A stretch of DNA of 64,000 bases from Alphaproteobacteria bacterium. GTDB taxonomy: Bacteria; Pseudomonadota; Alphaproteobacteria; UBA2966; CAIVPW01. The stretch lies in NCBI GenBank assembly GCA_016869235.1, contig VGER01000004.1, positions 5,454 through 69,453 of the forward strand, in the 5' to 3' direction. The notes beneath the pieces are model-generated. The model worked only from the letters and a program-made list of their open reading frames with translations. It was not told where the DNA came from and did not search any database. This document shows, piece by piece, positions 48,449 through 58,488 of the stretch (its first letter is position 1; each line of letters opens with the position of its first letter). A program made the translations under genes and the position numbers.

Positions 48449-51118
48449 TCACTCGGCGGCCGGCGCTGGCTTCTTCGCGGCGCGCTTGCCCTTTGGCTTC
48501 GCGGCCGGCTTCGCCGCCTTCTTGACCTTCGCCGCCTTGGCCTCTGCTTCGGGCACGGCCTTCCCCTTGGTGCCGCGGGCGCCTTTGCCTTTCTTGGGTA
48601 CACCGGCGCGCGCGGCGAGCAGCGGGATCGCCTGCTCCAGCGTCACGTCGTTCGGCTCGACGCCTTTCGGCAGCGTGGCATTGGTCTTGCCGTGCTTCAC
48701 GTACGGCCCGTAACGGCCGGCATGCACGGTAACCGGCTTGCCGTCGGCGGGATGGTTGCCGAGGTCCTTGAGCGCCGTGGCGCCGCCGCGCCCGCGGCCC
48801 TTCTTGTTGGCGGCCTCGGTGAGCAGATCGACGGCGCGATTCATTCCCACGCTGAGGATGTCCTCGTCGGCCGGCAGCGATGCATAGAGCTTGCCGAGCT
48901 GCAGGTACGGGCCGAAGCGGCCGATGCCGGCCTTGATCATCTCCTTGGTCTCGGGATGCGGGCCGACCTCGCGCGGCAGCGTCAGCAGACCGAGGGCCTG
49001 CTCGAGGGTGAGCTCCGCGGCGCTCAGGTTGCGCGGAATCGACACGCGCTTCGGTTTGGTGTCGCCTTCCGCCTCGCCGCGCTGGACGTAGTGGCCGTAG
49101 GGGCCCTTCTTCACGGCGATGGGCTGCTTGGTCTCGGGATCCTCGCCCAGCGCGCGCGGTCCGGGGTCGGCCTCGCCGTTCGCTTCTAGGGCGCGGGTGT
49201 ACTTGCACTCCGGGTAGTTCGAGCAGCCGATGAAGGCGCCGAACTTGCCTAGTTTGATCGACAGCCGCCCGTTGCCGCAGGTCGGGCAGACGCGTGGATC
49301 GGTGCCCGCCTCGTTGGTCTTGAAGAAGTGGGGCCCGAGCGTCTCGTCGAGCACGTCGAGCACTTCACGGACGCGGAGCTCCTTCGTGTCGTCCACTGCC
49401 TTGATGAACGCGTCCCAGAACTCGCGTAGCACCGCCTTCCAGTCGATCTGGCCGGCGGAGATCTCGTCGAGCTGCTCCTCGAGCCGCGCCGTGAAGTCGT
49501 ACTCGACGTAGCGCTTGAAGAAGTGGGCGAGGAATGCCGTCACCAGGCGGCCGCGGTCCTCCGGATGGAAGCGCCCCTTGTCGAGGCGCACGTAGCTGCG
49601 GTCCTGCAGCACCGACAGGATGCTGGCGTAGGTGGACGGTCGGCCGATGCCAAGCTCCTCCAGCTTCTTCACAAGCGATGCCTCGGTGTAGCGCGGCGGC
49701 GGCTCTGTGAAGTGCTGGTTCGGGCGCACGCCGTCGCGGTCGAGCGCGTCGCGCTCCTTCAGCATCGGCAGGCGGCGCTCGTCGTCGCGCTCGGCGGCGG
49801 CCGCATCGGCCGCGGCCACTTCGTCGCGGCCTTCGCGATATACGCGGAAGTAGCCGTCGAAGAGGACGATCTGTCCGGTGGCGCGGAACTCGACGGCGTT
49901 GTTGCCTGGCGCGATGGTCACCGCCGCCTGCTCGAGGCGCGCGGTTTCCATCTGGCTCGCCATCGTGCGCTTCCAGACCAGGTCGTAGAGCTTGAACTCG
50001 TCGTCGTTGAGATAGCGGCGGATCTTGTCCGGCGTGCGCCCGGGGTCGGTCGGCCGGATGGCCTCGTGGGCTTCCTGGGCGTTCTTGGCGGTGGCCTTGT
50101 AGACGCGCGGGGAGGACGGCACGTAGGCGTCGCCGAACTCCGCTGCGATGGTCTTGCGCGCGGCCGTCAGCGCCTCGTTGGCGATGCTGACGCCGTCGGT
50201 GCGCATGTACGTAATAAGACCCGTGGTCTCGCCGCCGAGGTCCACGCCCTCATACAGATGCTGCGCGATGTCCATGGTGCGGCGCGCCGAGAAGCGCAGC
50301 TTGCGCGAAGCCTCCTGCTGCAAGGTGGACGTGGTGAAGGGCGGCGGCGGATTGCGCCGCGTCTCTCTCTTCTCCACTTCGCGCACGGTCCAGCCCGCGG
50401 CGCCTTGCGCGGCGGCCACCGCAGCTTGGGCGGCGGCCTCCGAGCCCAGGCTGAACTTGTCGAGCTTCTCGCCTTTGAAACTCACCAGCTTGGCAGTGAA
50501 GGTCTCGCCGTTGCGGGTGCGGAAGTCCGCCTCGATGCTCCAGTACTCGCGCGGGACGAACGCCTCGATCTCCAGCTCGCGCTCGCAGATCAGGCGCAGC
50601 GCCACCGATTGCACGCGGCCTGCCGAGCGCGAGCCCGGCAGCTTGCGCCACAGCACCGGCGACAGCGTGAAGCCGACGAGATAGTCGAGCGCGCGCCGCG
50701 CTTGCTGCGCGTTGACCAGGTTCATATCGAGGTCGCGCGGATGCGCGATCGCCTGGCGCACGGAGTCCTTGGTGATCTCGTGGAAGACGACGCGGCGCAC
50801 CGGCACCGAGTCGAGCGCCTTCATGTCCTTCAGCGCCGCGATGACGTGCCAGCTGATTGCCTCGCCTTCGCGGTCGGGGTCGGTGGCCAGATAGAGGTTC
50901 TCGGCCTTGCGCACCGCCGCAGCGATATCCTTCAGGCGGCCGATGGAGCGCGCGTCGGTCTCGTAGGTCATGGCGAAGTCTTCGTCCGGCCGTACCGAAC
51001 CGTCCTTGGGCGGCAGGTCGCGCACGTGGCCGTAACTCGCCAGGACAAGATAACGATCGCCCAGATACTTGCCGATCGTTTTGGCCTTGGCGGGAGATTC
51101 GACGACAACTACGTCCAT
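48449..51118 (-). CDS. topA: DNA topoisomerase I with a Lys/Ala/Pro-rich C-terminal tail
   Basis: MDVVVVESPAKAKTIGKYLGDRYLVLASYGHVRDLP (TOPRIM); four C4-type zinc-ribbon-like motifs; tail ...KAVPEAEAKAAKVKKAAKPAAKPKGKRAAKKPAPAAE. Confidence 0.93.
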   Translation of the reverse strand: MDVVVVESPAKAKTIGKYLGDRYLVLASYGHVRDLPPKDGSVRPDEDFAMTYETDARSIGRLKDIAAAVRKAENLYLATDPDREGEAISWHVIAALKDMKALDSVPVRRVVFHEITKDSVRQAIAHPRDLDMNLVNAQQARRALDYLVGFTLSPVLWRKLPGSRSAGRVQSVALRLICERELEIEAFVPREYWSIEADFRTRNGETFTAKLVSFKGEKLDKFSLGSEAAAQAAVAAAQGAAGWTVREVEKRETRRNPPPPFTTSTLQQEASRKLRFSARRTMDIAQHLYEGVDLGGETTGLITYMRTDGVSIANEALTAARKTIAAEFGDAYVPSSPRVYKATAKNAQEAHEAIRPTDPGRTPDKIRRYLNDDEFKLYDLVWKRTMASQMETARLEQAAVTIAPGNNAVEFRATGQIVLFDGYFRVYREGRDEVAAADAAAAERDDERRLPMLKERDALDRDGVRPNQHFTEPPPRYTEASLVKKLEELGIGRPSTYASILSVLQDRSYVRLDKGRFHPEDRGRLVTAFLAHFFKRYVEYDFTARLEEQLDEISAGQIDWKAVLREFWDAFIKAVDDTKELRVREVLDVLDETLGPHFFKTNEAGTDPRVCPTCGNGRLSIKLGKFGAFIGCSNYPECKYTRALEANGEADPGPRALGEDPETKQPIAVKKGPYGHYVQRGEAEGDTKPKRVSIPRNLSAAELTLEQALGLLTLPREVGPHPETKEMIKAGIGRFGPYLQLGKLYASLPADEDILSVGMNRAVDLLTEAANKKGRGRGGATALKDLGNHPADGKPVTVHAGRYGPYVKHGKTNATLPKGVEPNDVTLEQAIPLLAARAGVPKKGKGARGTKGKAVPEAEAKAAKVKKAAKPAAKPKGKRAAKKPAPAAE

Positions 51119-51184
51119 GCAGTACTCGGGCGGAGAAACTCTTGGTCGGTGGGGAACAATCGCGGTCTACGCGAGACGGCGCAC

Positions 51185-52318
51185 TTACAGCAGCGACACT
51201 TGATTTCCGGGATGACGCTGCAGGCGGCCTGCTAGCTCAAGCTCCAGCAAAATGGTCAACACGGTTGCGGGTGTCAACCTACTCTGCCGAATGATCTCGT
51301 CCACCGGGAGCGGAGAGGGGCCCAAAAGCTCGCGCACGCGCGCGCGTCCGGCGCCGAGTTCAGCCTCTGACGTGACGGCGCTCACACTCCGGTAGGAATC
51401 GCCGGCGGGCTCGCGCAGCGTGCGCAATCCGCGCAGCGCCGCGGTCACGTCGGCGGCCGATTCCACCAGGGCCGCGCCCTCGCGCAGCAGGTTGTTCGAG
51501 CCCTTGCAGCGCGGATCGAGCGGCGAGCCGGGCACCGCGAACACCTCGCGGCCCTGCTCCAGGGCCATGCGTGCGGTGATGAGAGAGCCCGAGTGGAGTG
51601 CGGCCTCGACCACCACCACGCCGCACGAGACGCCCGAGACCAGGCGGTTGCGGCGTGGGAAATGACGGGCATGCGGCTCGGTGCCGACCGGCTGCTCGGC
51701 GATGACGAGGCCCCGCTCGGCGATCTGCGCATAAAGCTCGCGGTTCTCCGCCGGATAGGGCTGGTCGACGCCGCCCGCCATCAGCGCGATGGTGCCGGTG
51801 GCGAGCGCGCCGGCGTGGGCCGCACCGTCGATGCCGCGCGCCAGGCCCGAAGCAATGATGAAGCCCTGGCTGCCGAGTTCCGCCGCCAGGGTGCGGGCAA
51901 AGCGCGCGCCGACGCCGGACGCATTGCGCGCGCCGACGATGGCAACGACGCGCGCTGGGTCGGCGGCGACGTCCGGCCGTCCCAGAACGGCAATCAGCGG
52001 CGGCGCGTCATGAATCGTAGGGAGTGCGGCCGGATAGTCGGGTTCCCCGAGCGCCACCAGCCGCGCGCCGGCCTTGGCGGTCGCCTCGATCTCGCGTTCG
52101 GCGTCGGCGCGCGTGGCGATGCGCAAGGCCTCGCGGCCGCCACGGCGCGCAAGCTCGGGCAGGGCGGCAAGCGCGGCCGCTGCCGAGCCGTAGCGGCGCA
52201 GCAGTGCGGCGAAGGTGACGGCGCCGACGTTCTCGCTGCGGATCAGCCGCAGCCAGTCGATGCGCTCTGCGTCAGGAAGCGTGCGCTGGGGATGGTCGGG
52301 AAGGGGGGCAGTCTGCAT
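51185..52318 (-). CDS. dprA: DNA processing protein DprA (Smf)
   Basis: ...VAIVGARNASGVGARFARTLAAELGSQGFIIASGLARGIDGAAHAGAL... (Rossmann-like DprA core). Confidence 0.85.
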   Translation of the reverse strand: MQTAPLPDHPQRTLPDAERIDWLRLIRSENVGAVTFAALLRRYGSAAAALAALPELARRGGREALRIATRADAEREIEATAKAGARLVALGEPDYPAALPTIHDAPPLIAVLGRPDVAADPARVVAIVGARNASGVGARFARTLAAELGSQGFIIASGLARGIDGAAHAGALATGTIALMAGGVDQPYPAENRELYAQIAERGLVIAEQPVGTEPHARHFPRRNRLVSGVSCGVVVVEAALHSGSLITARMALEQGREVFAVPGSPLDPRCKGSNNLLREGAALVESAADVTAALRGLRTLREPAGDSYRSVSAVTSEAELGAGRARVRELLGPSPLPVDEIIRQSRLTPATVLTILLELELAGRLQRHPGNQVSLL

Positions 52319-52319
52319 G

Positions 52320-53078
52320 TCACGGCCGCGCGCCGCCGCTCAGCTTGATTCGCGGCTCCTCGCCGCGCATCAGCCGCCGGATATTGTCGTGGTGGCGCAG
52401 GGTCACCACCAGCGACAGGAACAGCGCGAACGCTGCGCGCTCATAGTCGAATGGCTGCAGGGTCGGATTGATCATCAGCGGTAGCGCCAGGCAATAGAGC
52501 GGCGCGGCGACGAGGGCTATCAACGCACCAGCCGACGAGCGCTTGGTGACAAGCGCCGCGGCCAGCCACGTGAGTGCAGTCAGTGCGCCGACCAGCGGCA
52601 GCGCCGCCAGCAGCACGCCGAGCGTGGTGGCGACGCCCTTGCCGCCCCAGGCGGTGACGGCGAGGGCGAGCAGCAGCACGACGCCGATGATCGGCGGAAT
52701 CGAAGACTGCGCCAGCGCGGTGGACAAACCGAAAGCGAGCAGCGCAAGCGTGATGAGCGCGCGGCGGTCGCGCCGCAGCCAGATCGGGAAGAGGTGCCCG
52801 AACACCGCCGAGATGCCGGCGGCGAAATAGAGCTCGTGGCCGCCCTGGGTGGCGGCGATGGCGACGGCAAGGGCGCCCTTGCCGCCGTCCAGAAGCAGCA
52901 CGGCGAGGGCGAGCTTCTTCGAGCCGGTGCGCAGGACGTTGGTCGCGCCGATGTTGCCCGAGCCGATCGCGCGGATGTCGCCGAAGCCGGCAATCCTCGG
53001 CAACAGCAGGCCGAACGGAATCGAGCCCAGCAGGTAGCCGAGCACAATGGCGAAGGAGATGCTGGCGTCCTCGGACAC
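52320..53078 (-). CDS. plsY: Glycerol-3-phosphate acyltransferase PlsY (GTG start inferred)
   Basis: ...AIVLGYLLGSIPFGLLLPRIAGFGDIRAIGSGNIGATNVLRTGSKKLALAVLLLDGGKGALAV... Forms the 3' part of the chimeric ORF 52320..54695. Confidence 0.8.
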   Translation of the reverse strand: MSEDASISFAIVLGYLLGSIPFGLLLPRIAGFGDIRAIGSGNIGATNVLRTGSKKLALAVLLLDGGKGALAVAIAATQGGHELYFAAGISAVFGHLFPIWLRRDRRALITLALLAFGLSTALAQSSIPPIIGVVLLLALAVTAWGGKGVATTLGVLLAALPLVGALTALTWLAAALVTKRSSAGALIALVAAPLYCLALPLMINPTLQPFDYERAAFALFLSLVVTLRHHDNIRRLMRGEEPRIKLSGGARP

Positions 53079-53101
53079 GGCGTCAGATAAGAAAGAGTGC
53101 G

Positions 53102-54388
53102 CTAGGCGGCCGCGAAGACGGTTTCGCCGCCGACCACGGTGCGCAGCACCTTGCCCTGCACGGGCCGGCCGTCGAACGGCGTGTTCTTCGACTTCGAGCG
53201 CAGGCCGGCTTCCGAGATCTTCCACGGCGTGTCGAGGTCGAACACGACGAGGTCGGCGGGCGCGCCCTTGGCAAGCGTGCCGGCGTCGAGGCCGAGCAGC
53301 CGCGCCGGGTTGACAGTGAGCTTGGCCAACAGGTCGAGGAGCTTGATGTGGCCGCCGTGCACCAGCTCGAGGGTGAGCGGCAGCAGCGTCTGCAACCCCG
53401 CGATGCCGAACTCCGCGGCGGGAAAGGGCAGGCGCTTGCTTTCCTGATCCTGCGGCGAGTGGTCGGAGACGATGACGTCGACGACGCCGGACGCCAGGCC
53501 CTCCACCACCGCAGCCCGATCGGACTCCGAACGCAGGGGCGGCGTCACCTTGGCGAAGGTGCGGTACTCGCCGATCTCGTTCTCGTTGAGGGCGAAGTGG
53601 TGTGCGGCGACGCCGCACGTCGCCTTGATGCCGCGCTCCTTGGCGCGGCGCATGGCGGCGATCGCCTCGCCGGTGGACAGGCAGGCGGCGTGATAGCGGC
53701 CGCCGGTCATCTCGGCGAGCCGCACGTCGCGCTCCACCATGATGACCTCCGCGGCGGCGGGAATTCCCTTCAGGCCGAGGCGGCTCGCCACCTCGCCGGA
53801 GTTCATGGCGCCGCCCTTGGCGAGGGACGGCTCCTCGGCGTGCTGCACCACCAAGAGGTTCCAGCCGGTCGCGTAGGACAGCGCGCGGCGCATCACCTGC
53901 GCGTCGGCCACCGCCCTCACGCCGTCGGTGAACGCCACGGCGCCCGCCTCGGCGAGCAGTCCCATCTCGGTCATCTCCTGGCCACGCAGGCCTTTGGTGA
54001 TGGCGGCCATCGACACCACGTTCACGGCGCAGGTCTGGCGGGCGCGCTCGGCCATGAAGCCGATCAGTGCCGGCTCGTCCATGACCGGGTCGGTCTGTGG
54101 CTGGCTGACGAGGGTCGTCACGCCGCCGGCGGCGGCGGAAAGTCCGGCAGTGGCCAGTGTCTCCTTCTCCTCGAAGCCGGGCTCGCCCAGGAACGCGCGC
54201 ATGTCGACCAGGCCCGGCGCCAGGCAGTGGCCGCCGCAGTCGATGACGTCGGCGCCCTTGGCGGGACGCACGTCGCCGCCGACGGCCGCGATCCTGCCGT
54301 CCACCACCAGCAGCGAGCCGCCCTTCACGTCCATGCCGCTGGCCGGATCGAGCAGCCGCGCGTTGATGAATGCGAGAGGCGCGTTCAT
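53102..54388 (-). CDS. pyrC: Dihydroorotase (amidohydrolase family)
   Basis: MNAPLAFINARLLDPASGMDVKGGSLLVVDGRIAAVG...CLAPGLVDMRAFLGEPG... 428 aa, next to pyrB. Confidence 0.85.
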   Translation of the reverse strand: MNAPLAFINARLLDPASGMDVKGGSLLVVDGRIAAVGGDVRPAKGADVIDCGGHCLAPGLVDMRAFLGEPGFEEKETLATAGLSAAAGGVTTLVSQPQTDPVMDEPALIGFMAERARQTCAVNVVSMAAITKGLRGQEMTEMGLLAEAGAVAFTDGVRAVADAQVMRRALSYATGWNLLVVQHAEEPSLAKGGAMNSGEVASRLGLKGIPAAAEVIMVERDVRLAEMTGGRYHAACLSTGEAIAAMRRAKERGIKATCGVAAHHFALNENEIGEYRTFAKVTPPLRSESDRAAVVEGLASGVVDVIVSDHSPQDQESKRLPFPAAEFGIAGLQTLLPLTLELVHGGHIKLLDLLAKLTVNPARLLGLDAGTLAKGAPADLVVFDLDTPWKISEAGLRSKSKNTPFDGRPVQGKVLRTVVGGETVFAAA

Positions 54389-54391
54389 GGC

Positions 54392-55381
54392 CTAGTGCGC
54401 CGCCGGCGCGAAGTTGGGCAGTCGCGCGCTGAGCGCGTCCAGCACCGCCATGCGCACCGCCACCCCCATCTCGACCTGCTCGGCGATGGCGCTGCGCGAG
54501 ATGTCGTCGGCGATCTCCGTGTCGATCTCGACGCCACGGTTCATCGGGCCGGGATGCATCACCATCGCGTCGGGCTTGGCATAGGCGAGCTTCTCGGTAT
54601 CCAGCCCGTAGAAGTGGAAGTACTCGCTGATGGACGGCACGAAGCTGCCCTGCATGCGCTCGGACTGCAGGCGCAGCATCATGACGATGTCGCAACCGGC
54701 GAGACCCTTGCGCATGTCGTGGAACACTTCGACGCCGAGTTGCGAGGCGGCGGTGGGCAGCAGCGTCGGCGGGGCGATCACGCGCACCCGCGCGCCCATG
54801 ATGTTGAGGAGGTGGATGTTCGAGCGCGCGACGCGGCTGTGGAGGATGTCGCCGCAGATCGCCACCACCAGTCCGCGCAGGCGGCCCTTGCGGCGGCGGA
54901 TGGTGACGGCGTCGAGCAGCGCCTGGGTCGGGTGCTCGTGGCTGCCGTCGCCGGCGTTGATCACGGCGCAGCTCACCTTTTGGGCGAGCAGCGACACCGC
55001 GCCCGACTCCTGGTGACGCACCACCAGCACGTCCGGGTGCATGGCGTTGAGAGTCATCGCGGTGTCGATGAGGGTCTCGCCTTTCTTGATGGACGAGCCC
55101 TCGGCCGACATGTTGATGACATCGGCGCCCAGGCGCTTGCCGGCCAGCTCGAAGCTGGTGCGGGTCCGCGTCGAGCTCTCGAAGAACAGGTTGACCAGGG
55201 TGCGGCCCCGCAGCAGGGCCGAGCGCTTGTCGACCTGGCGGTTCTGCGCCACGTAGGAGTCGGACTTATCCAGCAGGTAGCCGATCTGCTCGGCGGTAAG
55301 CCCTTCGATTCCCAGCAAATCCCGGTGCGGAAACCGTTCCGGCGAGGCCGCGACGGCGGCGGGCGCGGGGGCAGTCATCAA
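54392..55381 (-). CDS. pyrB: Aspartate carbamoyltransferase catalytic subunit
   Basis: ...[23 protein letters not shown]... (STRT motif); ...[12 protein letters not shown]...; ...MLRLQSER... (HPxQ, LxRxQ). Confidence 0.9.
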   Translation of the reverse strand: MMTAPAPAAVAASPERFPHRDLLGIEGLTAEQIGYLLDKSDSYVAQNRQVDKRSALLRGRTLVNLFFESSTRTRTSFELAGKRLGADVINMSAEGSSIKKGETLIDTAMTLNAMHPDVLVVRHQESGAVSLLAQKVSCAVINAGDGSHEHPTQALLDAVTIRRRKGRLRGLVVAICGDILHSRVARSNIHLLNIMGARVRVIAPPTLLPTAASQLGVEVFHDMRKGLAGCDIVMMLRLQSERMQGSFVPSISEYFHFYGLDTEKLAYAKPDAMVMHPGPMNRGVEIDTEIADDISRSAIAEQVEMGVAVRMAVLDALSARLPNFAPAAH

Positions 55382-55600
55382 AGCGCCACTTTATACGCGT
55401 GGTCTGGAGGCCCTACAACAGGCGCCAGAGGGGACGGCGCCGGCATCGGGGGATGGGCGGCAGCGCTTCCGCCAGGAACTGACACATTTCCGCGAGCTTG
55501 AGGCGGGGCGCGACCGGCGCTTGCCTTCCTGCAGACGGAAGTTCTCAATGTGCGCGTTCAATACCTCTGCGCGGCCGAGGATTTGGTGGGTGAACCACGC

Positions 55601-56515
55601 ATGAAGAAGCAGCCGCTGTACAGCCGCTCGGTGCGCGCCGGATTGAGCTACACGACGCGCCAGCCCCTGCCGCCCGAAGAGCCGATCCGCCAAATCGTCT
55701 GGCGCTGGTGGAAGGGCTTCGAGTCGCGCCACCCCAAGAAGGTCCAGTTCGGCTTCAGCTCTCTGTTCGCGGTGCTGGCGGTGGTCGCCTACGCCTGGAT
55801 CACTCCCGAGCCGCAGCATCTCACCCAGCGCGACATCAACAACGCGGTCACCTACACTCTGGATCGCCGGCCGCCGGCGCCGTCGGTCGCCTCCGTCGCC
55901 TACGACGTCATCCGCCGCTCGGTGGTGCGCGTCGACGGCGACGTGCAGCACGAGGGCCGGCCGCTCGACATCGCCCGCATCGACGAGACCATCGGCACCG
56001 GCGTGCTCATCGACGACCAGGGCACCATCCTCACCAACCTGCACGTTGCCGCCGCGGCCGAGCATCTGACCGTCACCTTCTGGGACGGCCACAAGTCGCC
56101 GGCCGTCATCGTCGGCGCCCAGGCGCAGGACGACCTCGCCGTCATCCGCGTCATGGAGCCGCCCGAGGAGATGTTCCCGGCGACTCTCACCTCCACGCGC
56201 GGCCTGCAGCTCGGCGACGAGGTGGTGGCGGTCGGCTTTCCGTTCGGCATCGGCCCCTCGGTGTCGTCGGGCGTGGTGTCGGGCCTGCGCCGCGACTACG
56301 TGCAGGACGGCGAGGTGAAGCTGCGCAACCTCATCCAGTTCGACGCCGCCGCCAACCCGGGCAATTCCGGCGGCCCGCTCATCAACCGCGACGGCGAGGT
56401 GCTCGGCATCGTCACCGCCATCCTCAACCCGACCTCCGATCGCTTCTTCGTCGGCATCGGCTTCGCCGTGCCCATCGAGAACGCGATGGGCGGCGTGGGC
56501 ATGAACCCGTTCTAG
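55601..56515 (+). CDS. Trypsin-like (S1C) serine protease lacking a PDZ domain, with an N-terminal membrane anchor
   Basis: TM segment FGFSSLFAVLAVVAYAWI. Catalytic-triad regions ...TNLHVAAAAE... (His), ...DDLAVIRV... (Asp), ...GNSGGPLINRDGEVLGIV... (Ser). ATG 55601 preferred over ATG 55550. Confidence 0.75.
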   Translation: MKKQPLYSRSVRAGLSYTTRQPLPPEEPIRQIVWRWWKGFESRHPKKVQFGFSSLFAVLAVVAYAWITPEPQHLTQRDINNAVTYTLDRRPPAPSVASVAYDVIRRSVVRVDGDVQHEGRPLDIARIDETIGTGVLIDDQGTILTNLHVAAAAEHLTVTFWDGHKSPAVIVGAQAQDDLAVIRVMEPPEEMFPATLTSTRGLQLGDEVVAVGFPFGIGPSVSSGVVSGLRRDYVQDGEVKLRNLIQFDAAANPGNSGGPLINRDGEVLGIVTAILNPTSDRFFVGIGFAVPIENAMGGVGMNPF

Positions 56516-56543
56516 TCCATTTTACTTTCCAACCAAGGGTCCA

Positions 56544-57560
56544 ATGGCAACTCCTCCCAAGACCGACGCCGAAGTCGCGGCGTTGATGGAGCGCATTCTT
56601 TACGAGCTGAAGAAGATCGTCGTCGGTCAGGACCACTTCCTGGAGCGCGTGCTGGTGGCGCTGCTGGCCCAGGGCCACCTGCTGGTGGAAGGCGTGCCGG
56701 GCCTCGCCAAGACGCTGACCGTCAACACGCTCGCCAAGACGGTGCGCGGCACCTTCAAGCGCATCCAGTTCACGCCCGACCTGGTGCCGGCCGACCTCGT
56801 CGGCACGCGCATCTACAACCAGCGCACCGGCGAGTTCACCACCTCGCTCGGCCCGGTGTTCTGCAACCTCTTGCTCGCCGACGAGATCAACCGCGCCCCC
56901 GCCAAGGTGCAGAGCGCGCTCCTCGAGGTCATGCAGGAGCATCAGGTCACCATCGCCGGCGAGACCCACAAGGTCCCCAAGCCGTTCCTGGTCATGGCGA
57001 CCCAGAACCCGATCGAGACCGAGGGCACCTATCCGCTGCCCGAGGCGCAGGTCGACCGCTTCATGATGAAGGTGCTGGTGGGCTATCCGACCCAGGATCA
57101 GGAGTTCGTCATCGTCGAGCGCGTCACCGGCACCATGGCTGCGGTCGCCGCGGTCGCCTCGACCGACGAGCTCGCCAAGCTGCAGAAGCAGTGCCGCGGC
57201 AACTACGTCGATCCCGACCTCATCACTCACGCCGTGAAGCTGGTGGCGGCGACGCGCGATCCGGCCGCCGTCGGCCTCGCCGACCTCGCGCCGTACATCC
57301 ACTTCGGCTCGAGCCCGCGCGGCACCATCCACCTGATCGAGGCGGCACGCGCGCTCGCCTTCCTGCGCGGCCGCGACTACGTCGTGCCGCAGGACGTCAC
57401 CGACCTCGTGCCCGACGTCCTGCGCCATCGCATCGTCCTCTCGTACGAGGCGCTGGCCAAGAGGATGTCCACCGACGACATCATCAAGCGACTGATGCAG
57501 CACCTGCCGGCGCCCGAGAAGCCGATGGAACAGCATGTCCGAGTCGCGGCCCGATCCTGA
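56544..57560 (+). CDS. MoxR-family AAA+ ATPase
   Basis: ...ILYELKKIVVGQDHFLERVLVALLAQGHLLVEGVPGLAKTL... ...FLVMATQNPIETEGTYPLPEAQVDRF... Confidence 0.88.
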   Translation: MATPPKTDAEVAALMERILYELKKIVVGQDHFLERVLVALLAQGHLLVEGVPGLAKTLTVNTLAKTVRGTFKRIQFTPDLVPADLVGTRIYNQRTGEFTTSLGPVFCNLLLADEINRAPAKVQSALLEVMQEHQVTIAGETHKVPKPFLVMATQNPIETEGTYPLPEAQVDRFMMKVLVGYPTQDQEFVIVERVTGTMAAVAAVASTDELAKLQKQCRGNYVDPDLITHAVKLVAATRDPAAVGLADLAPYIHFGSSPRGTIHLIEAARALAFLRGRDYVVPQDVTDLVPDVLRHRIVLSYEALAKRMSTDDIIKRLMQHLPAPEKPMEQHVRVAARS

Positions 57561-58488
57561 AGCCGTCCTGCGCGGGCTGGAGTGGACGGTCCTGCGCCGT
57601 CTCGACGGCTATCTGCAGGGCGACTACCGCACTTTGTTCCGCGGCTTTGGCCTCGACCTCGCCGACCTGCGCGAGTACCAGGCGCACGATGACGTGCGCC
57701 ACATCGACTGGAACGTGACGGCGCGGCTGCAGATCCCCTACGTGCGCCAGTACAACGAGGACCGCGAGATCACCGCCTGGTTCCTGCTCGACATGAGCCC
57801 GTCGATGGACTTCGGCTCCGAGGGCAAGACCAAGCGCCAGGTGCTTACCGACTTCACGGCGACGCTGGCGCGGCTGCTCACCCGCCACGGCAACCGCGTC
57901 GGCGCCCTGATCTACGGCGGCGACGTGGACACCGTCATCCCGGCGGCGACCGGGCGCCGCCACGTTCTGCACATCGTCAACGAGCTGATCACGCGGCCCG
58001 AGCTGCCCAAGTCGCCCGCAACCGACCTCTCGGCGCTGTTGCGCGCGGCCCTCGGCATCATCCACAGCCGCTCGTTTGTCTTCCTGGTGTCGGACTTCGT
58101 CAGCGCGCCGGGCTGGGACGGACCGCTCAACATGCTCGGCCAGCGCCACGAGATCCTGGCGGTGCGCCCATTCGATCCGCTGGAGGTCGAGATCCCGCCG
58201 CTCGGCCTGTTCGTCATGCAGGACTCCGAGACCGGCGAGCAGGTGTTCGTCGACACCGCCGACCGCGGCTTCCGCAAGCGCTTCGCCCAGGCGGCGGAGC
58301 AGCGCGAGGTCCTGGTGCGGGAGGGCCTCAACCGCGCCGGCGTCGACACGCTGGAGATTTCCACCCAGGACGACCTGGTCGATTCGATTCTGCGCTTTGC
58401 CGACCTGCGCAAGCGGCGCTTCGGCGGCAAGTTCGCCGGCGCCCCCGCCCACGTCGGCGCCGCCGGCACAACAGGAGCAGCACAATGA
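57535..58488 (+). CDS. DUF58-family protein (MoxR partner)
   Basis: ...DVRHIDWNVTARLQIPYVRQYNEDREITAWFLLDMSPSMDFG... Overlaps moxR by 26 nt. Confidence 0.8.
   Translation: MSESRPDPEAVLRGLEWTVLRRLDGYLQGDYRTLFRGFGLDLADLREYQAHDDVRHIDWNVTARLQIPYVRQYNEDREITAWFLLDMSPSMDFGSEGKTKRQVLTDFTATLARLLTRHGNRVGALIYGGDVDTVIPAATGRRHVLHIVNELITRPELPKSPATDLSALLRAALGIIHSRSFVFLVSDFVSAPGWDGPLNMLGQRHEILAVRPFDPLEVEIPPLGLFVMQDSETGEQVFVDTADRGFRKRFAQAAEQREVLVREGLNRAGVDTLEISTQDDLVDSILRFADLRKRRFGGKFAGAPAHVGAAGTTGAAQ

Noticed and set aside
48354-49208. 284-aa minus-strand ORF overlapping the topA 3' region in another frame
   Set aside because: Arg/Gly-rich junk. The topA frame carries the true zinc-ribbon repeats and basic tail.
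52320-54695. 791-aa minus-strand ORF
   Set aside because: Chimeric. Only the last about 252 codons (plsY) are real in this frame. pyrC and pyrB occupy other frames upstream.
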